A DNA stretch of 55,324 nucleotides from Chiloscyllium plagiosum (lineage: Eukaryota), in the NCBI RefSeq assembly GCF_004010195.1, contig NC_057719.1:75017106-75072429 (forward strand), in the 5' to 3' direction. Made by a program: the position numbers and the translations under genes. How positions within the stretch are numbered: position 1 is the first letter of the stretch; every line of letters starts with the position of its first letter. The notes under the pieces are model-generated. The model saw only the letters and a program-made list of their open reading frames with translations, had not been told where the DNA came from and ran no database searches. Below, in pieces: positions 47,362 to 55,324 of the stretch.

Positions 47362-48786
47362 ATCTTGTAGAATAGTACACACTGCTGCATCAGTGGTGGA
47401 GGGAGTGAATGTTTTTGGATGTGGTGCCAATCAAGTGGAACTGTTTTGTCCAGCATGGTGTCAAACTTATTGGAGCTGCACGCTTCCAGGCAAGTGGGGA
47501 ATATTCCATCACACTCCTGCCTTATGCTTTATAGATGGTGGACAGGCTTTGGGGAGTCAGGAGCTGAGTTACCTGCTGCAAAATTCCCTGGCTTCTGACT
47601 TGCTCTTGTCACCACTGTATTTGCATGACTAGTGTGGTTCAGTGGTAAACCCCACCATATTGACAGTGGTGATGTGGTAATGGTGAAACCATTGATGGTC
47701 AAGAGAAGATGGTTAGATTCTCTCTTCTTGGAGACGGCCATTGCCTAGCTTTCATGTGGATTGAATATTACTTACAACTTGTCAGCCTAAACCTGAATAT
47801 TGTCCAGATCTTGTTGCATTGGAACGTGGACTGTTTCAGTATCTGAGGAGTCGTGAATGGTGCTGAACAGTGTGAAATCATTGGGGTGCTTCCCCACTTA
47901 TGATGGAAGGAAGGTCATTGATGAAGCAGCTGAAGATTGCTGAGCCAAGGAAAGCTGTACTTGGTATAAATTTATTCAAATTGAGAGAAAGCATTGAGGA
48001 TGAAGTTCTGAATGACTATGCAACAAGGGCTATCTTTTCTACCTGTTATTGTAGTGAGGCCAGAATGCACAGGTACGACTTTGAGTCATTCACTTATTTG
48101 AAATTACACCTGAGTTTCCAAGATGCACTCCATAGGTATCTCCATAGGACAGTGTTGTTGTAACCCACATGCTCAGGTTGATGCTCTGGGGATCTGGGTT
48201 CAAATTCTGCTGTTGCACTTGGTGGAACCAGTTCACTAATACCCTTTAGGGAAACAATATCAGCCACTTTTACCTGACCTGGCCTAGACATGGTTTCCAG
48301 ACGCCATGGTAATACGGTTGATTATTAAATGCACAGGTAGCAAACCAATTCAAACCTGGTTGCTGCTTCATTTTTTTCTGGCTGTTGCTATGTATCTACA
48401 CTTTTAGGTGCATCTAGCTTTTTTTCTCAAAATTTCACATGTCTACAGGGACTGATGTGGAAGCTGCGAAAGTACATTTTGCTAATTTGAAGGGTTTTGC
48501 ATAATAGGAATGCACTAGTTGGTTTTTCTCTTGGAGTTGAGCTTGTGTGGAGACCATGCAGAGAGGGATCAACCGCTGTAAGAGGGAGGAAGAGGAGCAG
48601 AGAGGAGGGTTCTCCACAGGAGGCCATATGCGACCAGGTTTTAAGGGAGCTGTTTTCCTGAAAGAACCTCATTGGCAACAATGTTTCAGATCGCTCCTAA
48701 GGAGGTTCCCATTGAAACCTGTCAAGTGTTCAGTCTCACCTGCATCTTCGAAACAGATCCAGGACCTACATGGAGTTGAGGTTGAT

Positions 48787-49122
48787 GCGGCCCGGTGGCT
48801 CAGTGGTTAACACTGTTGCCTCATTGCACCAGGGGCCCAGATTCGATTCTAGCCTCAGGCGACTGTCTGTGTGGAGTTTGTGTATCCTCCCGGTGTCTGC
48901 AGGGGTTTCCGCCAGGTGCTCTGGTTTCCTCCCACAGTCTATATACATGCAGGTTAGGTGGATTGGCCATGTTAAATTGCCCTTGGTGTCCAGGGATGTG
49001 GAGGCTAGGTGGGTTAGCCACGGGAAATGCAGGGTTATAGCGGTGTGGAAATGGGTCTGGGTAGGATCATGTTCTGTGTGGATCCATTGGGCCAAATGGC
49101 CTATTTCCACATTGTAGGGATT
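48787..49122 (+). mobile_element. V-SINE (HE1-like)
   Basis: ggtggctcagtggttaacactgttgcctca head plus V-domain. Confidence 0.87.
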
Positions 49123-51253
49123 GTATATATGCAACTCGCTTCTTCCAAGTTGGTGCTGGACATATTAGCAACATCTTAAGGTTTGTAGTGCTCTTTTCCA
49201 TAAGGATGGTTACTGAGGATCTCTATCTATGAAAGGGAACTTAATTGCATGGCCTTCTCAGAGAGAATCAGGTGGAGTGAGCTGGAAGACTTGAGAGGAT
49301 TGACTTCTTTGTGGCACAGGGAACCACTGTATGTGCACACACCACTTTATGGGAATCGCATGTCATCTCTGTTACATACTGGGGACTAGAAAAAAAACCC
49401 CTCAATCAGTGTGCTGTTGGCGGAAGTCATGAAGCCTTCACTCTGCAGTTCTTTGGGCTAACTGCACTGGAGCTCTTGTGGTGACCCAAAGTCTGTTTAC
49501 TCGACAACAAAGTCCCTCCACAGCAATATGGTTCACGGCTTAAGTCACGGTGTCCACTAGGTGCACAGAAGGACCACCCTCCTGCAGGAATCCAGTAGAG
49601 CAGGGCATGAGCACAATGAAGCATCAATTCTGTTGCCTGGATTCTTCTGGATGGGGATGTGCCTTGCGGTTTGTGGTGGTCTGCTACATGCCCACACTGT
49701 CATATGGGAGCAATGTCTTTCTGTGTCCCAGCTGGCAGGATGCTGAGGAGCAGAACAGGGATGATGAAGAGGAGGAGAAAGTTCCTGGCACCCACTGGGG
49801 CTACAGTACGTCTCTCTCCTTTGCTGTCCAGTAAATCTTAGTGTACACAGTGCTTTAAGTTCAAGCAATGTTAATTGTTGCACAGGAGTACTCAAAATGG
49901 TCTCAACATCTCCAGCAGCCACAGTGAACCTAACTGTAGATTAGCTTTAAACAGTGCGAGCAAGTAAGAACATCAGGCCTCTGTTGATACATGTAGCCAA
50001 AAGACCGTGCAGTTAGTGCTGGCTACATGCGGAAATAATTCTAATGAGCAGGCAGAACAAGTTTGTTGATCTGCCTGCATCATACTGGGACTTAAGTGAA
50101 TCATGCATAATAATCCCCTCATCCATTTTCAGGTTCCCATATCCACCTTTGCTCCCAGTTTTCCAGTCTCGTTTAAATATTTTAATTTAATTAATCTTTA
50201 CTGATATATGATTTGCTGTGTTGAAATTCCACAATGCATTCAGGAATGTGCTTATCTGAAGTCAAATAACTATAGAATTTGCATTGAGACATCAACTGGA
50301 GATTTCAGTGAGCCTTAGGATCGCTGCTGTAATCCTGTAGGATAGCTCCCAGTTACTGTTCGAGATAAATCACAGAAGAATCTTAGTTCAGACTTATGGG
50401 GTTCGAACATGGTGTATTTTATTGATGAGCAGTATGGGAGATGAGTGAAGACATATACCATAACTTAAAATGTAATTGTTTTGAAATAACAGACAATAGT
50501 ACAATTGATTTAAACAGTTTTAGGAGTGTCTTGAAGGTGATGGGAGTGGGGAGAGCATATGTGGTGGGAGAGCAGTGGTGACATTCTTTATCCAACCTAT
50601 TAAATTTATGACTCGCTGCTGGAAATTACAGCATCTCAATGCTTTGAAAGAACAGCTTTATATTAGCAGGTCATTAATTAGTGTGAAAAGCAAACATCGC
50701 TTTACCCTCTATCACAAGAGGAATTTCACCGCTTAAACATTCTGTTTATAAACCAGAATGTTCTCCATGCCAGTTTAACCACACCAACTTAATTTATCTA
50801 GCACTTTTAATTTAGTAAACCATCCCAGAGTACTTACGTCTGAAGTTGAGCTGCTACTTAATGGACAGTGAAGACAGGAGTTATTGTACGCTCTCTACAA
50901 TGCTGATGACATTCTAAATCGCAAAGAAAACTCTTTGCTTATAAAACAGCCAGGAGTGATAAAACTTGTTCCAAAGCCCTTTACAGCCAACAAAGTATTT
51001 TTGAAATGTTGTAACTTCTTATAATATGGGAAACATGACACTTAATTTGGAACAGCAATGTTCCACAAACAGCAGTACGCTAATCTCCAGATCATATGAT
51101 TTTAATGATTTTGGATGGAAGGATTAATATTGGCCAGGATATCACGGGAAACTCAGCTCTTCTTCAAAATAATGCCCTAAGATTTTGATGTCTACCTGAA
51201 AGGGCAGCCAACACTGCAGAGGAGTGCCAGCCTCGATTAACAGGTAGAGACAG

Positions 51254-51700
51254 AAAAACTGCAGGTGCTGGACTCCAAAGTAGACCAGCAGGAGGCTGGA
51301 AGAACACAACAAGCCAGGCAGCATCAGGAGGTGGAGAAGTCAACATAGCTTACACTGGGACGACTCAACATTGAGTTCTCCAATTTCTCACCCATCCCCT
51401 GACTCCCTTCCTAGCCCCTTCCCCTCCCTTCCATTCCACCTACTGACCCTTCAGTGACCAACTGGATTCACTCCTCTCAGCCACGACCAGCCAGATCATA
51501 CCCTTTACCTGTATTCACCTATTACTACCTCACCATTCTGCCCCCTCCCCACCCATAACCATTCCCCCCACTCTCTTTATCTGCAGCTCCCCCTATCCCC
51601 ACCTCCATTCCCAAACAAGGGTTATACCCTAAATGCCGAATTCTCCACCTCCTGGTGCTGCCTGGCTTGCTGTGTCTTCCAGCCTCCTGCCTGTCTACTT
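51254..51700. mobile_element. PLE family D inverted structure with the last codons of GIY-YIG
   Basis: Inverted ends (gtagaccagcaggaggctggaagaacac / gtgtcttccagcctcctgcctgtctac). Plus strand GRLNIEFSNF at about 51358-51387. Decayed hammerhead aagggttataccctaaatgcc. Confidence 0.78.
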
Positions 51701-51869
51701 AAGATTACCAGGTAAACAAAAGAGTAAAGAAGGCATTTTGGACCAAAGGGTCTGTTTACATGCTGTACAGCTCTCTGACTCTTAAGAGGAGAAGTATGAA
51801 CCCACAACCTAATGCCACGGAAGACAAAAGGTACAATCAACTAATGGTTGAACAAAGTTGTTTATTGGC

Positions 51870-52456
51870 CAGTGCATTGAATATAGGAGTTGGGAGGTCA
51901 TGTTGTGACTATAATGGACATTGGTTAGGCCACTTTTGGAATACTATGTTCAATTCTGGTCTCCCTGCCACAGAAAAGATGTTGTTAAACTTAAAAGATT
52001 TACAAAGATGTTGCTAGGGTTGGAGGGTGTGAGCTATAGGGAGAGGCTGGATAGGCTGGATAGGTTAGGGCTGTTTTCCCAAAGCGTCAGATGCTGAGGG
52101 GTGACCTTATAGAGGTTTATAAAATCATATGGGGCATAGATAGGGTGAATAAATAAGGTTTTTCTCAGGGTGGGGGAGTCCAAAACTGGACGGCATAGGT
52201 TTAAGGTGAGAGGGACCTAAGGGGCAACTTTTTCACACAGAGGGTGGTGCATCTATGCAGGGAAGTTGTGGAGGCTGCTTTAATTTCAATATTTAAAACA
52301 CATCTGGATGGGTATATGAATAGGAAGGGTTTAGAGGAATATGGGCCAAGTGCTGGCAAATGGGACTAGATTAGTTTAGGATATCTGGTCAGCATGGATG
52401 TGTCTGACTGAAGGGTCTGTTTCTATACTGTATCTCTTTATGACCTTATGACTCTA
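51870..52456 (+). mobile_element. CR1 LINE 3' fragment
   Basis: ttggttaggccacttttggaatactatgttcaattctgg..gagctatagggagaggctgg..ttatgactcta tail. Confidence 0.88.
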
Positions 52457-54611
52457 AGTGCAAATCTCTAGGAGAAGTATGAACCCACAACCTTATGACA
52501 CGGGAGACAAAAGTACAATCAACTGATTATTGAACAAAGTTATTAAGCATCTTCAGAAAGATAATTTATATCTGTCTAGTAAAGATCAAAGCTCAAGTTC
52601 AGTTTTGCAATAATTCGTATTGGTGGCCTTGTAAGTTAGTGCTGGTATTAATGAGGTCCTGCTCTGTTTGCATCAATCAGAGTGTTTTCTGCTGATATAC
52701 AGAGGGCCTTTTGTCTCCCTGAAACTCCAGATACCACCTCACACAAAGAAGTACACTCAGGGTGAAGCAACATGTAGCCAATACAAGAGCAGTCGCTTCC
52801 TCAAATCTCAAAGAAATCCAAAAGTGTGACTTTTTCATCCGACCAGACAATTCATTAAATTGAATAGACAGTGATGACACATTTCCTCCATCCAAGCCAC
52901 TTATTCCGAGAGTCTCAGGGAATGTGAAGTTTTGGAGTGGTTATTCCATGTCATAGTGTTTTAGTTCTAATGCAAAGCCATTTATTGAACAAACCTGTGG
53001 TTTGAAGTCACTTCTGTATTGCTGGAATTCTATCAGCTACACTCCCATCTAACTTTACAGCCATTAACTTAATAACACTAGAAGTCCATAATTTCACGCA
53101 ATCAATTCCCACTCCTCTGTAAATGTGAGCACCTTGATAGATGTGGACAGTAGTAATCTCCATTTATGAATGGATGCTCTTCAGTGAGGACAGCAGGGCT
53201 TCTGTGATGGAAAAGACACTCCAATAAATAAATTAGTCAGTCAAGCCTTAGGCGTGACTGTCATTTATAGCTGCTATTGCTGTGTTTAGCTATTTCTCCC
53301 AGGAGATCTATTCGCCTGCTATGTCATGTTCATCTGTGTGGTCATTCTCACACACCCACTACAGCTCCTCTGCAACCACTCTGACATCTGACTGTACCTG
53401 AGCAGACTCTGTTTCTCTGACCCCTTTACTTTACCCTCTCGAAAAGATCTCTGTAGCCTTTCAGCTTGGAGTAAATGTCTCGAAATACTGATGTTCTCTT
53501 TTCAGGATGTCACTTCTTAAGAGTCATTTTTATTCTGGCAGTTTCAAGAGAGCTTCATTTGCTTTGCGATTTGTATATGGAATCTTTTCGTACATTCAGA
53601 TTTCAAAAGTCCCTATTTTCTTCTGGAGATCTTCACATATTGTCCATACATTTTGAGGCAAAATACAGGAAAGTGGTTAGAATGCAGCACCTTCTGAGTA
53701 TTTTCACGGTAGTTTTTCTGATAGTTAGCAAATTTTACAAAGTTAATACCAAAATAGCAGCTAAATCTATGAAAACACTAGATACATCAGGTGGGGTTTG
53801 TTCCTGTGACAATCTCATGTTCAAAAGGCTGAAAAGCACAAGCCCAATTAACGAAAGCGTATAATTTCTTCTTGCTTTCAGCTGCTGTACTCAAATTCAC
53901 ACGCTGCTTAAGTTTCCAGACCCTTTATCTGTGAGGGGATTCTTGCAGTGATCTTTATTTTACATACTGATCGAAATAAAAGTAGTACCACACGGCAAAA
54001 TATTGGGTAAGAGAAAAGGAAAACTGAGATGATTGCTTCAATTGTTTGAATAAAAATTGAAAGCATTTTCTTACCAAAATAAGCTGGAAAGCAAAAGAGC
54101 AGAAAATGACCTTTACCTGAAACAGGTTGGTTCCCTTTTGTTGTTCATAATACACAAAGGTTGCTGTGTTGGCAGCTGAATTCACTTGAACAAAGTCATA
54201 GCAGGAGGAACTGGTTTATCTATGAGCTCACGTCAATAGAGTGCTCAAATTGTTTTAGTGAAAGGACAGCTCAGTTATTGCCTGTCCTGACTGGCACAGT
54301 TTGCAGATGCCAGTGGCCCTCAGCCAGCTTTTCCAGGTGACCCATTATTTGAGTGAGAACATGGTCTGTCAGGATTGTGAATGCACCAAGTTTTACTTTC
54401 GAGGATTTCCACAGAAAAATTAGGAAGGGGAGGAGATCATTTAGCCTCTCGGCTCTGTACTGCCCTTCAGTTGAGACTATCCCTCCAATGCACCTCAACC
54501 TCATTTATCCAGCCCTCACCTCACAGTAATCTCTCACCATCAGTCTGGAAGTAGCTCCACTCAGGTTACTGGCTTGGCATTATTTCACAGAACAGGAGAG
54601 CTGTCCTAACC

Positions 54612-54740
54612 AAAGCAAATTACTGCAGATGCTAAACCAATAAAAAACACAGAGAATGCTGGAGAAACTCAGCAGGTCTGGCAGCATCTATGGGGAGAAG
54701 TACTGAGTTAACCTGTCAAGTCTGATTTGACTTCTTCTGA
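54612..54740 (-). mobile_element. PLE family C terminal fragment, decayed
   Basis: actgcagatgct..gctggagaaactcagcaggtctggcagcatct..gagttaac. Confidence 0.6.
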
Positions 54741-55184
54741 TGGGTCTTCTCTCTCTCAGCCCTGGGCAACATTTATTCCTTAATCAACATCACAGAAACA
54801 GATTATTTACTCATTGTTCATGTTTCTGCTTGTGCACAAATAGGCTTCCAGACATTCTTTTATGGGATGCGAGTGTTTCTGGAAAGGCCATCATTTGTGG
54901 TCTTTATCTAATAATCTTGGAGAAAGTGTTGATGGGCTGTTTTCTTGTTCCATGAGGAATGGTGATGATTAGTATCCCTACAGTGTAGCCAGGAATTCCA
55001 GGACTTTGACTCAATGACCTTACAATAGAGGGGTGACAGTATTTTGTTGGTGCAAAGCACTTTGGGACATCTTAAGGTTATGAATGGTGCTATATTGATA
55101 CGCGACCTTTGTATACTTGTGGAAAACATTTGAACTCATAATGTAGATTTGATTCACCAATGGCTCTGAATGGTTTCTTGCCTT

Positions 55185-55324
55185 AGAGTCATAGAGTCAT
55201 AGAGATGTACAGCATTGAAACAGACCCTTCGGTCCAACCTGTCCATGCCGACCAGATATCCCAACCCAATCTAGTCCCACCTGCCAGCACCCGGCCCGTA
55301 TCCCTCCAAACCCTTCCTATTCAT
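55185..55324 (-). mobile_element. CR1 3' end running off the window
   Basis: agagtcatagagtcatagagatgtacagc..gaaacagacccttcggtccaac, near-identical to 10619-10755. Confidence 0.9.

Larger units (their letters stand above)
46860..47945 (-). mobile_element. CR1/L2-clade LINE 3' fragment interrupted by a PLE fold-back
   Basis: Colinear with 19118-19800. Confidence 0.75.
16601..55324 (+). other. SMOC1: SMOC1 intron, apparently running past the window end (>38 kb)
   Basis: GT donor at 16601. No exon resembling the expected GCPEGKK..LLDAL or EF-hand exons found by eye downstream. Confidence 0.6.

Noticed and set aside
45441..51640. Hammerhead-like remnants at about 45445-45474 and 51608-51638 as ribozymes
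   Set aside because: Catalytic core bases are mutated (GAAA to AAAA or TAAA; CTGA lost in the second). Kept only as PLE fossils.
53475..53864. 129-aa ORF with acceptor ttttcAG|GATGT giving Gly-Cys, as the next SMOC1 exon
   Set aside because: It continues GCHFLRVIF with no resemblance to the expected GCPEGKK..LLDAL.

Overview
Eukaryotic (cartilaginous fish, most likely shark; inferred from the repeat complement) genomic DNA inside a + strand SMOC1-like gene. Only two coding exons are recognisable: 103-292 (thyroglobulin type-1 domain) and 16518-16600 (linker before the EF-hand/EC domain). Neither appears in the ORF track in the correct frame. The rest is intron filled with CR1/L2-type LINE fragments, tRNA-derived SINEs (V-SINE/HE1-like, Deu-domain-like, LF-SINE-like), TA-flanked MITEs and many Penelope-like element (PLE) pieces. 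The main signal is a set of minimal hammerhead ribozyme motifs (CUGANGA-stem II-GAAA-palindromic helix III-NUH) from about five PLE-derived families. Their stems covary between families, some sit directly downstream of GIY-YIG endonuclease remnants, and several lie in young fold-back insertions with 14-16 bp target-site duplications, in sense orientation in the SMOC1 pre-mRNA. Repeat boundaries are approximate. Family names come from recalled consensus similarity, not from database searches.
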